From the NCBI RefSeq assembly GCF_018350175.1, contig NC_058383.1, forward strand, positions 11,720,001 through 11,784,000: a DNA stretch of 64,000 bases. The letters are read 5' to 3'. The first letter of the stretch is position 1. Each line of letters opens with the position of its first letter. Source of the stretch: Felis catus. Taxonomy: Eukaryota. The position numbers and the translations under genes are program-made. Shown piece after piece: positions 34,501-46,674 of the stretch. The notes beneath the pieces were generated by a model. The model saw only the letters and a list, made by a program, of their open reading frames with translations, searched no databases and was not told the DNA's origin.

Positions 34501-37260
34501 CCTGCTACAACAACCCCAGGGGGGTTGAAGTGGAGGGCGCAGAAGATCTGTTTCTTTGGGCTCAGGAGGCACACTGTAAGCAGATGGTCTTTGATGGGAT
34601 TAGCGGTGTAATCTCTAAGACCCTGGTCAATTGGACAATGATCCATTATATTCCAGGAAGCTTGGGGCTCCCGGGGAGGGGTGCGGTGGGGCGGGGCCCA
34701 GGGGCACCTTGTTAGAAAGGACCCCTCTCTGGGAGCAGCCCAGTCCCGCACAGAGAATGTGGGAAGGGGTTCGTCAGCTGTGCCACGCCGGCCCCTCTCC
34801 TCCTGCGAGAGCACAGAAAGGACTCCCCCAGTGCTCTCAGAGTCTCCTTCTTCCCTGTCACCCTCCCCCCTCTTTTGGGTGTGATCAGGTGTCTGCATCA
34901 CCGCCCCCTAGCGTCCCGAAGGTGGCAGACAGCAGGCTCTGTGCCTCTTAGCTCAATACCCACAGGAAGAAGTGGGAGAGTCCAGGACGAGTTGGTGGCT
35001 GTCTCTTGGCCCCGGTCTCAAGGGCCTTCAACGAGGCCACCCGGGATGCTCCTGTGGGCCCTCCTGGAATGCAGCGTCTCAGATCAGCTGAGTGGGAAGA
35101 ACAGTGAGCACATTAGGAGCCAGAATAGCTGCTCGGATTTGCAGGGCAAAGATGCACGTTACCCCGGAACAGTGGGAAGCCAGAGGACGTGTGACTGTGA
35201 CAGCCTGCTGGAGGGCCCCCTGCTAAGGGAGCCCCAAAGGACCCACAAAACGACCCCTACACGAGAGGAGCCAATAAATCGCTGCCGGTGGGCAGACGAG
35301 ACCAACCTGACCAGTCCTGCCCCTTCCCGGTCTTCGTGTCTGACTCCTCCCAAGTAGGAGCCGCCAAAGGCTTCCCGCCAATCAGAGGGAGGACAGCAGC
35401 ACGTGACCCGGAAGCGGAGAAGAATCTACCTGCCCACTGCCTTTGCGTCCCGCAGCGGGTACCAATGGGCCGGGGAAGGTCCAACTCTATAGGCAGTTTG
35501 GAGTTTGGAGTCGACATCCTTCAGGCATGTTAAGCATTGGGATGAAGTTGCTCTTGGGACCAAGGGCAGCCGTGGAATCTTTCGCTTACAAGAGTGATCT
35601 GAGCAATTTGGGACATCCTAGTTCAGTGGGGCCTCTGGGGATGCACTTGGAGCTAGGGATGGGGTAGGGATGGGCATGTTGAGGCAGGGAGCTGTATCAC
35701 GCTGCAGGGAGATGGCAGAGGCTTTGGGATGGGAAAATGGTTAGGAGTCACCGGTGGGTACAGACAGCCTGAGGTCGCGTGTAAAGTCTGGTTCACCCCG
35801 AGGTTCCCATTCTCCACTTGGGAGGGAAGCATCCTTCCACCCCATCTGGAACATGCATGCCCTCATTGGTGGGGTGCTTAATACCCCGGGACCCCTTGGG
35901 CTGCACCCAAGAAGCACTCTCAGTTTTGAACCCTGAACTTCAGAAAGATGAACGAGAGCAATAATTCCTAACCTGTGGCCCACAAACCACCGGCGTGGGG
36001 GGACAGAGCCGGGGTAGAGCTGTGCTCACAATTAGAGCAACGAGTCCAGACATCTCTTACCACCTTGAGACCGAGCACTGCCAGTAAATGAACCTAGTAG
36101 AATACGGTCTCCTGGATGGTATTCAAGTGTGTGTAGTAAGACACAATTCCTCAAATGCGTGACTGGGTTTTTCATAACACTCTGCCATTATGCAGTTCTT
36201 GATCACAAATAGTATCATGGGAGGACCTGACGCTTTCTTATTTTTTGTTCCCTTGAAGAGATGTCCTTAAACCAGATGAGAGGAAGGAGACACACAGGAT
36301 TGCGACGCCGTTGCATTAACACTAAAATACCATTTAGGCAGCGTGCTGGCTGCCAGATAACACCGTGAGGTACTAGAGGGATGAATTGAAAATTGTCATT
36401 CCGTCAAACTTACTGACAACATTATCTGCAGATCTTAGAAAAATCAGCTCAGAAAAATCCCTGGTTGGTGGTGATCCTCTCAGATAGATTGAAATCTTTC
36501 GAGGCTATTCCTCAGGGCTCATCAATCAAGGATAGTTGTCATGGTGAGCAGTTGAATGGATGGTTTCCATTTAATTATCTTCAGCCCTCCAGATATCGAA
36601 AGCACTTGGGGACAGCAGGCTGGGCCGGCCCCTGTCTCCTCAGCTAAAATAATTGTTGCTTTTCCCCCACCCACCTTCATCCGGAGAATTCATTCATTCG
36701 TGTGTTCAGTAGTAACTACCAGGTGCCTACCGTGTGTCAGGAAAATGCTCCCGCCAAAGATTCCTCTGTGAAAATGTCAAGTGCCATCTATGACTCGACA
36801 TACTTCAAGCTGGGCCCACAGATACCCAAGACAGTTGTGAGTCTGTGCTTTGTGTGCTCAGAGGAAGGCACTGATGCCTGGGAAAGCACGACTAAGTGTT
36901 GACCAAATGGCCAAGGGATAGGAGTTGGGTCTCAAAGAAACAACAGCTCAAATAGTATTGACTGAGGGGGTAGGTCTCATTTCTTCCAGATACTGGAAGA
37001 TAAAAGGGAGGTACAGCATAGGGACAGCAAGCAAAGCTTGTCTGCTAACAAGAGGAAGCTGGTGATGAGGAATCAAGGGGTAAAATGTGGGAATCCAAAA
37101 AAGAATGAAGACGGAATGAAGAAGGGTCCTGGGGCAGTTCATTAGATAGCATCATGGTTTCTGTAGCTCTCATTCATTAGATGTCAAGTTTATGATGTCA
37201 GAGTCAAAGCTTGTCTTAAGGAAGCAAAGTTAGGGGAGACCACCCAGACAGTTGACATGG

Positions 37261-37835
37261 CCATCCACCCATCCATCCATCCATCCATCCATCCATCGAA
37301 CCATTTATTCATCTAGAAAATGTTTCTGAGTGCCTATTACATACCTGTCTTCTGGGAATGAAACACATGAGGCAGGTAATTCCACACATGTTTATTTAAT
37401 CATATGTGTGACTCATGCTGTGAAGTCCATGACCAGAGAGGGTGTTATGGAAGACTTTCCCAGGGCAGTGACCCTCAGCTGAGAATTGGAGGGGGAGGAG
37501 GAATGAGTAAGAAGAGATTCATGTAGGACAAATTTACCAGGCATGGGGGGAAAGCATGGATGAGGACTTTATAGAGATACGAGTACAACGTGAACAAAGA
37601 TGGACACTGGCCATGTCACAGAGGGCCACTGGGACTTGGCCCACAAGCAACAGCATTGGAAGGTGTGGAGAGATAAGAATGGGGCTGCCTTTTTAAAGGC
37701 TCACTCTGTGTTGTGAGGAGAAGGTGGTGGATGAGGGCAAGAATGGAGGGATAGGAAATAAATATGGCAGCCTAGACAAGAGTTGCCAGATGCTTGGCCT
37801 TGAGTGATATCAGTGGAGGTGCAGAGCAGTGGTCA
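37261..37835 (-). mobile_element. L2 fragment beginning with (CCAT)n tail
   Basis: (CCAT)n at 37261-37296, tgagtgcctatt, ttttaaaggctcactctg. Confidence 0.65.
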
Positions 37836-37927
37836 TCCTCACTCTGGTGTCAGGGTTTATAGCTTTTCTACCACCTCTGGAACATGATGGTATGTCCCTT
37901 CAAAGTACATATGAATGTACATTTATC

Positions 37928-37958
<31 letters not shown>

Positions 37959-38451
37959 CTGGCTCCAAACCACAGTAGACCCCTTTGCACATCCACCCAT
38001 AAGGCTAATGAGTTCCGTTAGGGGGCACGGCTTGGCCTTAAGTGGATGGAGAATCTCTGACTAGGTGGCTTACCTGACAATCATCTCAAATTCAGGACCA
38101 GGCCAAGGAGGCTCAGCCCCCTCTGTGGCATCAGAAGGAAGCAGAACTGACCCTGAAAAAGAAGGAGTTGCCTCAACACTTAGGGAACCAGCCCAGTGGG
38201 AGGGGGTCCAGGCAATGTCTGCTGCTGATGGGCTGCGCGTCGTATCAATGCCTGCTTTCTAGGTTGGTAAGAAAGAGAGAGACAAAATCAAAGAAGCCTT
38301 GAGTGGTGAGAAAGTCCTGGCCTGTCATCAGAGAGAACTGGTTTGGGCCATGTGCACAGGGGAGAGAGGAAGGAAAGAGAAGCGACAGTCTCGATTTTGT
38401 TCGTTTTTGAAGTTCGTCTTCAATGTTCTCCCCCTCCAGCGACAGAACCAG

Positions 38452-39137
38452 TTCTCTATAATCTCCACAGGTGTGGAGATCATTGGTAGAAACATGTCAG
38501 CTGCCATATTGGCAGCCGAGAGGGGTAGCGGAGGCACCGCAGTGCATCCAGAGGGGTGTTGACATTGGCGGTGATGTGCCAATGTCAAACGTAAGGTCCT
38601 GGGGAAACACAATCAGGCTCCCAATTTTTACATTTAATGTGTCGTTCCCCAACTGATCTGGCATTTGGAGACAAGGTGATGACCACCCCTACCCTTGATG
38701 AGAATTTCTCTGGCTGTATATCAACCCTTAACCCTTTTAGCTGAAAACGGTTACCTCCTCCTGTCCCTCCCAGGCTTGGTTCCGGGACTCTCAAGGGCTG
38801 TGTCCCATGTGTCTCGAGAAGCAGGCTCTTAGCAACCTTGTGGGGTTGGCATTTTTCTCTTTGCTTGCTCTTGTCCAAAGCTTGCACACTGCCAAGGCAT
38901 TTTCGCTCCTGTCAGCGGCATATGAAGGCTGCTGTGTCACCAGTGGCCACTGTCAACGGCACATACTGTTGCCCCAACTCGTTACCAGCGCATCACTGCC
39001 AGCGTCAACAGCACGCCCTGTGGTGCCTCCATGGTTGGTTCCATCCATTAGGCACCAACACTACACGTTTTGGCTGCCAAGATGGCGGCCGATGTGATTC
39101 TACCAACCATTTCCATGCCTGTAGAGATTATAGAGAA
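38452..39137. mobile_element. Candidate ancient non-autonomous DNA transposon with long terminal inverted repeats
   Basis: 38452-38528 versus reverse complement of 39061-39137: 61/77 identical by hand count, ungapped; similarity continues with indels to ~38578 / ~38988; no TSD found. Confidence 0.65.
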
Positions 39138-39309
39138 GGGCCCTACTGCTTGTTTAATTCTACAATCTCTTCATCCTGGTACTCGGTTGCAGAAACCGAG
39201 TCACAAGCTGAGGAGCGCACGCTTTGCTCTCCTTGGAACGACACCATCCACACACAATGGCCGTTCTCGAACCAGACTCGGGCACCTCCATTCTCTTTGT
39301 GTTTCCCCC

Positions 39310-40300
39310 GTATCAGTTCAAATCTCTGGAGAAGCAGAAGTCGAGGAGGTGGAGACAGACAAGATTTATTGGGAGAATCTATTGGGAATTTCTCTGAAGG
39401 GTGAAGGGAAGAAGGAGCAGAGCTGGTAGAGAGAGCCTTCAGGTCACTATGCAGTGACGCCATATGTAAGGGGACACCAGTGTGAGGAGAGAGGGAAGGA
39501 AAGGGGACCAGGCAGGAAGAAGGTTGAAGAAGGTTGACCTTGGCCAGGTCATAGGGAGTGCCTGAAGCAGTTAACTCAACACTTAATGCCTTAAAACGAT
39601 GTACTCCCCTTATCTCAGGGTTTCTGTGGGTTAGAATTTCTAGAGGCACTTAGCTGGATGGTCCTAGCTCAGTCTCTCAGGGGGTTGCAGGCAAGATGCT
39701 GGCTGTGGTCATTTGAAGACCCGATTTGGGCAGGACGATGTAGTCTGAAGGTGGCTCGCTCGCGTGGCTGGCTGAGCAGGAGACTATTCCCTGCCACTTG
39801 GACATCAACAAAGAGCTCCTTCCCCCGGAGTGGACGGTCCTAGAGACTATAACGAGATGGAAGCTATGACATCTTTTATCATCCTGGGGAAGCCACACAC
39901 TATCAGTTCTGTGGTCTCCAACTGGTCGCAAGATCAGCCCATTGTTGGGAGGGGTCGGCCCAGGGTGGGAATACCCAGCGTTCCTTGTGGGCTCAAGGGG
40001 GCTATCTTGGAGACTGGCTACCACACCCCACCAGCCGTGATTATCTGTTAGAGGAGCCCATGTTGGGCAGAAATAGCCTGGCTCTAGAACCCTTGTTATG
40101 CGCAGCCCTTCGACGGGAGCAGCAGGGAGGGAAGTGTGACTTCCCTGCGAATTGCGTTCCCCATGAACATTCGTCCTGGAGAACCCATGGAGGGTCCGTG
40201 GAAGACGGGGAAGGTCGAACCGCTGGGGGCTGGCCACTGCCTGTCCTCCTCACGGCAGGTTCCCTCGAAGGGAGATCTGAGTGGCCTACCCCCCACGGCT
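39310..40300 (-). mobile_element. ERVL LTR16-like element split by an MLT1 insertion
   Basis: caagatttattgggag and agagagccttcag in the left part; ttgggcagaaatagcc and ttccctcgaagggagatctgagtgg in the right part. Confidence 0.6.
39570..40025 (-). mobile_element. MaLR solo LTR (MLT1F-H-like) nested in the LTR16-like element
   Basis: cttaatgccttaaaac...tttctgtgggttagaa...ctatcttggagactggctaccaca. Confidence 0.8.
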
Positions 40301-40419
40301 GCACAGCCCCTGTCCCTTTATGCAAACAGACCCTAAGGATATCCACTCACCAGTCCCCTTGTTCCAGGCTTCCCTGAGTTCAAGGACAAGCACGTCTGGA
40401 GGGGGAGCTGGGAACACTG

Positions 40420-40520
40420 TCCCATTAAGATGAGGAAGCACAGAGAGGTGAAATGCCCAAGGTCTTCCCCAAGATGACAGAAGCAGGACTCGAATGAAGG
40501 ATTCTCGATTCCATGCCCAG
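40420..40520 (-). mobile_element. MIR fragment
   Basis: gatgaggaagcacagagaggtgaaatgcccaaggtc. Confidence 0.6.
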
Positions 40521-40839
40521 TGCCCTTTGCTTCGTGCCGTGAAATCCCCATAAATTCCGCCATGTGTGCGAGGGACGGGCGTGCAAGGACGCTCCCGGTT
40601 GCTAAATACGCCATTAGCTCTGAGGCGCATTCCTATTTTTTACAGTGCTGGCTGCTACGGCAACAGAGTCGACTTCCTAATTATGTTTTGCTTGGGCTAA
40701 TGTAAAAATTAATTTTTGTTCCCTGAACAGCCATCAGCTACTGGTAAGAGGATATAACTGAGAAGATTAATAAAGTCACCCGACGCCGGAGCAATCCACA
40801 AGCAGGGGCAAGGAGCCGTCACCTGTTATGTACACGTTC

Positions 40840-41020
40840 TGTGCTATGCTCTGTGCACGGTGCCTTTTTTCTCCCCGCCCCGTAAGATAGATTTTAATAT
40901 TCCCATTCTCAAGTTGAGAAAACGGGGGTCAAGGCACTGGCTCAGAACTGCGAGCAGAGAAAGTGGCAAGACAGAACTTACGTCGTATCTGCCAGAGTCC
41001 AAATTCAATCCTCTTTCGTG
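40840..41020 (-). mobile_element. MIR fragment
   Basis: attcccattctcaagttgagaaaac...agaaagtggcaagacagaact. Confidence 0.55.
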
Positions 41021-41501
41021 TGGGTGGGACTGCCTCCGGTTTTAATAGTCACTTAGATTCCTACTGGCAAATAGGCACAAAAGGGGACAGAAAGGAAAGG
41101 CACAGCATTGTTCAGAAAGGTCCGGTCAACAGAAGCGTTTGTTGTGGTTACTGTTCAGGATCTAGTTCTGAGCTTTGGTTTGGCTGCCTGATTGTTTCAG
41201 GTCACAGAAGGGTATGTGAGTCTCAGGGGGGAATGGATTCATATTGACTAAACTCACAAGAGACTGATGTATAAATCTGAATGACAATCCCTTGCAAGGG
41301 AATGACCAGAATTTCCATGTCCATCTTCCGGGGCATCGTCTTCCTGGAGTACTGAGCAGAAGGCTGTTCGGTAAGGATAGAATCAGAACCATAGTAACTG
41401 GTGGTGGGGGGGTAGTTTCAAAGGACCCCATACACAACTCGTGGAGGACTCTCTTGGCCTCCTCTCATGGGATGGGAATGTTCCAGGGTCTCTCTTCTTT
41501 A

Positions 41502-41724
41502 TTTTTTTTTTAATTTTTTTTCAACGTTTATTTATTTTTGGGACAGAGAGAGACAGAGCATGAACAGGGGAGGGGCAGAGAGAGAGGGAGACACAGAATC
41601 GGAAACAGGCTCCAGGCTCCGAGCCATCAGCCCAGAGCCCGACGCGGGGCTCGAACTCACGGACCGCGAGATCGTGACCTGGCTGAAGTCGGACGCTTAA
41701 CCGACTGCGCCACCCAGGCGCCCC
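41502..41724 (-). mobile_element. Young SINEC_Fc-type with 17-bp TSD
   Basis: Near consensus, CpG-intact; TSD A(G/T)GGTCTCTCTTCTTTA at 41485-41501 and 41725-41741. Confidence 0.97.
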
Positions 41725-41756
41725 ATGGTCTCTCTTCTTTAAACACAGCTTGGGGG

Positions 41757-41990
41757 GGGGGACACCTAGGTGGCTCATTCAGTTAAGTGTCTGACTTTTG
41801 ATTTTGACACAGGTCATGATCCCAGGGTCATGGGATCGAGCCCCATGTTGGGCTCTGTGCTGAATGTGGAGGCTGCTTAAGATTCTCTCTCTCTCCCCCT
41901 GCCCCCCCCCCGCCCCCGCCAACCTGTACATACACTTATGCCCTCTCTCTCTCTCTCTCAAACTTAAAAAACCAACAAACCAATAAATAA
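41757..41990 (+). mobile_element. SINEC (older type)
   Basis: Flanks taaacacagct / taaacgcagct; head-to-head with the previous SINE. Confidence 0.92.
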
Positions 41991-42521
41991 ACGCAGCTAA
42001 GGAAGAATTGTTATGTTTTGCTCATTGCTTTTGTCTTACTAGACTCTTTCTTGATATCTTCCCTTTGTAGACGTATATATATTTTTTCAAATGTTTAGTT
42101 ACAATTGGCTAGACTACCAAGGTCTTCGCGCAGCAGCCCTATTTAATTTCAGGGCCTCTGTCCCACCGTTTTGACTTGGAGAGTCTCCGTCCTTGCCAGG
42201 AGGGCTTCGCAGAGGTTTGTACATTATACACGACGTGCGGTTTTCCTTACGATGGAAAGGACGTGTGTCGATCTCCTGTGTACGGGCCTGGCCCTCTCCC
42301 TGAGCCACGGGCATGGCCTGAAACCCGCTCTCAGCTGGAGGGACCCGCTCTGTTTGCATCAGAGCCGATCCAACCAGGCGTGGGGCCCTAACCCGAGATG
42401 TGGACTCTGGAAGAAAGAACTACAGCTTTCTCTAAAGCATCTGAAGTGAGAAACAGACGTGAACAAAGGTTGTTGGCGGGGAACGCTCGACAGCGAGAGG
42501 TCATGAAGCGGAGGGATGCCT

Positions 42522-42720
42522 CCTGTGTGTCTCCCACGGCCGCCCAACAAAGACCACGCACGGGGCAGCTTAGACAACAGGGATGGAGGCCGGAAGTCTG
42601 AAGTCCGGGGGTCGTTAGGGGTGGTTCCACCGAGGGCTACGAGGGAGGATGTGTCCCAGGCTTCCCTCCGGGCATCTGGTGGCCTGAGTCCTTCCTCGGC
42701 TTATAGGTGACATCTCACTC
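42522..42720 (-). mobile_element. MLT1B/C-like LTR fragment
   Basis: gcttagacaacag...ggaggccggaagtctgaagtc...gagggaggatgtgtcccaggc. Confidence 0.65.
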
Positions 42721-42840
42721 TGGTGACCACGGCGGCTGCCATGGGGAGGTCTCAGCAGGGCCAACAGGGGACAATGGGGCACAGCAGGGAGAGAGGGACC
42801 CCACAGAGTGAGGCAGCTCTGCCTTCAAAACATCATCCCC

Positions 42841-43054
42841 GGGGTGCCTGGGTGGCTCAGTCGGTTGAACATCCAACTTCGGCTCATATCATGATCCCAT
42901 GGTTCATGGGTTCGAGCCCCGCGTCGGGCTCTGTGCTGACAGCTCGGAGCCTGGACGCCTGCTTTGGATTCTGTGTCTCCCTCTTTCTCTCTGTCCCTCC
43001 CCCACTCACGCTCTGTCTCTCTGTCTGTCAAAAATAAATAAACATTAAAAAAAA
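42841..43054 (+). mobile_element. SINEC with TSD
   Basis: Flanks aaaacatcatcccc / aaaccatcatcccc. Confidence 0.96.
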
Positions 43055-43123
43055 CCATCATCCCCTTTCTCTCTTCAGGTGGCTAGTGATTGTGTGACGC
43101 TCACAACTAAAGAATTCAAATGA

Positions 43124-43312
43124 GGGACCCCCGGGGGGCTCAGTCGGTTAAGCATCCATCTTCGGTTCTGCTCATGATCTCACGGTCCGTGAGTTCGAGC
43201 CCCATGTCGGGCTGCCTCCTGTTAGCGCAGAGCCCGCTTCGGATCCTCTGTCCCCCACCGCTCTCGCTCTCTCTCGCTGTCGCTCTCTCAAAAATAAACA
43301 TTAAAAAAAGAA
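43124..43312 (+). mobile_element. SINEC (different subtype)
   Basis: Flanks aagaattcaaat / aagaatccaaat; middle gcgcagagcccgcttcggatcctctg. Confidence 0.93.
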
Positions 43313-44984
43313 GAAGAATCCAAATAATACAGTGGCCTGCCTCTAAGGCGTGGGATTACCCCAGCGGCTTCTTGATGGTCAAACACACACCGTCCGGGCA
43401 CCTAGTACACATCCTGAGCAGGGAGTTAGTTCTCTGTCCGGATCTACCCACCTGTGCCCACCCTGGGCTTCTATTCCCCTGCGTCAAACAAAGGCTCTTC
43501 CCAGCTATAAAATTCTATGATCTTTATCAAACGCAATCAATTAAGCCCAAATCGTCCCTCCAACAGAAAGCCTTGAAGACGCATTTCAGAAAAGGCAATG
43601 AGCCGGCAAATCACGTGTCCATCAGCGCGAGTTTATTACCTGACTCTCTGGGAAGCGGACCAGAATCTCTTCCCAAATGTGAGCTTTGCTTTCAGCTCAA
43701 GTTATTTTTACAAGGTAGCCAAAACCCATGATATCACCCCTCTGTTAATTTGTAGATGTGAGGAGGTTCCTCCGAGTTCTGAGTCTTAGATAAACGCACA
43801 GGAATAATAACAGCCTTCGCAGAAAGGTATTGAACGTCAGACAGTTACCGAAGGCAAGTGTTATTTGTTCCAAGGAACCCGTGCAATGGGGTCCTTGGAT
43901 TCCGTGTGTAAGTGCCAGGATAGGCAATTACTGTTCTTTTTCTATTTTCGGTCTCCAGATACCATAGAATTCTTTCCATTGTGGTCCGACCATCAGGAGG
44001 AAAATTCGCCGCCCTTGTAGGAAAGGCTCCCTATCAGTCTTCTTCCAAGAAATGAACCCCCCAGGCGTGTGTTGGGGGAGGGGGCGCAGGGAATCAGAAG
44101 GAAGAGGGGTCCGCTCACGTCCCGCAGACCGTCACCAGGTGTCTGCAGGGCCTTGGGTCCTGGCCCCTCTACAGCCTGTCCCCTCAAAGCCTTTACAGTC
44201 TAAAGTGGGGAACGCAGGGCAGTCAAACATTTCGGTGCAGTATACGGTTTCTGTGAAGGGCACACCCATCACCAGAGGAATGATCGTGTCCATTACAGCA
44301 CATCCATAGACGTGCACGTTATGGAGTCATTGAATGCCATGTTTAGGAAGGGAATTTAATATGGCTTCTTTTCTACTCACTATTGAGTGTTAGGTGCAAA
44401 AAGCAGGATACAAAGTTCTGTCGGGGATGAACCCACCTTATATGTATTACATGACTTGTATCATATACCTTATGTATCCGATGTGATATATAATATGTTA
44501 CATACACACACTGAAATTTACACATCTAATGTATACTTATACATAGCATGTATACATGATGTAAACATGATGTATAATATACATTTATATACCATGGAAA
44601 GAAATAAAAATGATGAGCAAGTGGTTATTCAACTGTTACTGTGAAACTTAACACATTTTCGGTCCTGCGCTAAATTCTTTGTGTGTCATATGTCATTTCG
44701 ATCGTAAATTGGTTGTGCGTGAAATAGATCACAGAGGAAAGAGTAGCTACCCTATGTGCACTGTGTGAACAATACCAATAAACAAACCCAAGTTCGGTGC
44801 GTGCACCTCCCAGCTTAGGCTGTAACACAACAGAAGTATCTAATATCTACACATGTTATTTATTTTAAATATAAATACAAAGGTTTACATTAATCAATAC
44901 TTATGTACATATCATATCATGCGTATATCATATATAATTATATATATTTATATACATTAAACATATATAGCTCTCTATATAATT

Positions 44985-45655
44985 TCGCTTCCACAATCTT
45001 GGCTATTGAAAATGATGGCTCAATGAACACGGGGGTTCAAATAACTCCTTGAGATACCGATTTCAATTCCTTTGAATAACTACTCAGAAGTGGGACTACT
45101 GGATGATAGGGTCATTCTGTTTGGACTTTTCGAGGGACTTCCATACTTTTCTCCAGACCAGCTACACCATTTTACACTCCCAGTCCCAGCGCACAAGGTT
45201 TGGATTTGCATTCCTCAGAGGGTTAGTGATGCTGAGTATCTTTTCATGTACCTGCCGGCCGTGGGAATGTCTTTGGAAAACTACCGAAGCACCTGGCCCA
45301 TGTTTAAATTCAGATATCTGGGAGTTTTCTCGTTCTGTTTTGTTTTGTCGTGGCTACTGAGTTGCAAAAGCTCCTGATATGTTTCGCATAGTAAGCCCTT
45401 ACCAGACATGTGCTTTGCAAATATTTTTTCCCATTCTGTAGCTTGCCTTTCCACTCTTTCGATTGCTTCCTTTGCTGCGCAGAAGGTTTGTGGTTTCGTG
45501 AGATCCCATCTGTCTACTTTTGCTTTTGTTGCCTGTGCTTTTGGTCCGTATTTCGTACGCAAGAACTAATTGCCCAGAACAACGTCTTGAAGCTTTGCTC
45601 CTATATATTCTTGGAGTTTTACAGTTTCAGGTATATGTTTAAATCTTTGATTTTC
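44985..45655 (-). mobile_element. L1MA/MB ORF2 3' fragment
   Basis: ORF 45281-45562 PKAQATKAKVDRWDLTKPQTFCAAKEAIERVERQATEWEKIFA closely resembles the L1 ORF2 C-terminal region. Confidence 0.9.
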
Positions 45656-45674
45656 TCTTTGTTCTTTCACGTGC

Positions 45675-46022
45675 TGCTAGGGTCTGAATGTTTATGTCTC
45701 CCCCAAAATTCCTGCGCTGGAATCTTAACTTCTAAAGATGATGGTATTAGGAAGTAGAGCCTTTGAGATGTGTTTAAAGCGTAAGAGCGGGGCCCTCATG
45801 AGTGGGATTAGTGCCGGTTCCAAGAAAGCTCCAGAGAGATCCCTTGTCCCTCCTACCATGTGAGGACCCCGTTAGGGCCCTCCTGCTATGAAGCAGGAAT
45901 ACAGCCTTTACCAGAATACAACTGTGCTGGCACCTTGATCTTGGACTTCCCCGTCTCCAGGAGTGTGAGCATGAAATTTCCTTTGCTTATAAGCCACCGA
46001 GCTTATGGCACAGGCTGAGACA
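45675..46022 (+). mobile_element. MaLR solo LTR, MLT1A-like
   Basis: TGCTAGGGTCTGAATGTTT start, ggggccctcatgagtgggattagtgcc, ctggcaccttgatcttggacttcc, ends GAGACA. Confidence 0.9.
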
Positions 46023-46027
46023 AGGCA

Positions 46028-46094
46028 TTTCTTTCCTTCTTTGTTTCTTTGTTTCTTTCTTTCTTCCTTTCTTTCCTTCCCTCTTCCTTCCCTC

Positions 46095-46164
<70 letters not shown>

Positions 46165-46477
46165 CCTTCCTTCCTTCCTTCCTTCCTCCTTTCTTCCTTC
46201 CTTTTCTTTCCTTCTTTTTTCTTGTTTCTTTCTTTTATTTCTTTCCTCCATTCTTCCTTCCCTCCCTCCTTCCTTCCCTCCCTCCCTCCTTTCTTTTCTT
46301 TTCTTTCTTTCTTCCTTTCTTTCCTTCCCTCCTTCCCTCTTTCTTTCTTTCTTTCTTTCTTTCTTCTTCCTTCCTTTTCTTTCCTTCTTTTCTTTCTTCT
46401 TTCTTTCTTTTATTTCTTTCCTCCATTCTTCCTTCCCTCCCTCCTTCCTTCCCTCCCTCCTTTCTTTTCTTTTCTTT

Positions 46478-46527
<50 letters not shown>

Positions 46528-46622
46528 TTTTTCCTTTCTTCTTTCCTTCCTTCCTTCCTTCCTTCCTTCCTTCCTTCCTTCCTTCCTCCTTCCTTTCTTC
46601 CTTCTTTCCTTCTTTTCTTTCT

Positions 46623-46674
<52 letters not shown>

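Noticed and set aside
35656..35674. Canonical G-quadruplex motif GGGATGGGGTAGGGATGGG (others near 28893, 30533, 54995)
   Set aside because: Such motifs are common in GC-rich mammalian DNA; nothing indicates function.
38829..38900. Minus-strand MPWQCASFG... inside the inverted-repeat element, vaguely like a THAP N-terminus
   Set aside because: Only 23 codons, and the second Cys and the downstream THAP motifs are missing. Not evidence of a transposase unless a profile-HMM search finds more.
45281..45562. ORF with a natural-looking protein sequence
   Set aside because: It is an L1 ORF2 C-terminal remnant within a decayed L1, not a host gene. The same applies to the ORF at 22273 and probably those at 53492 and 60081.
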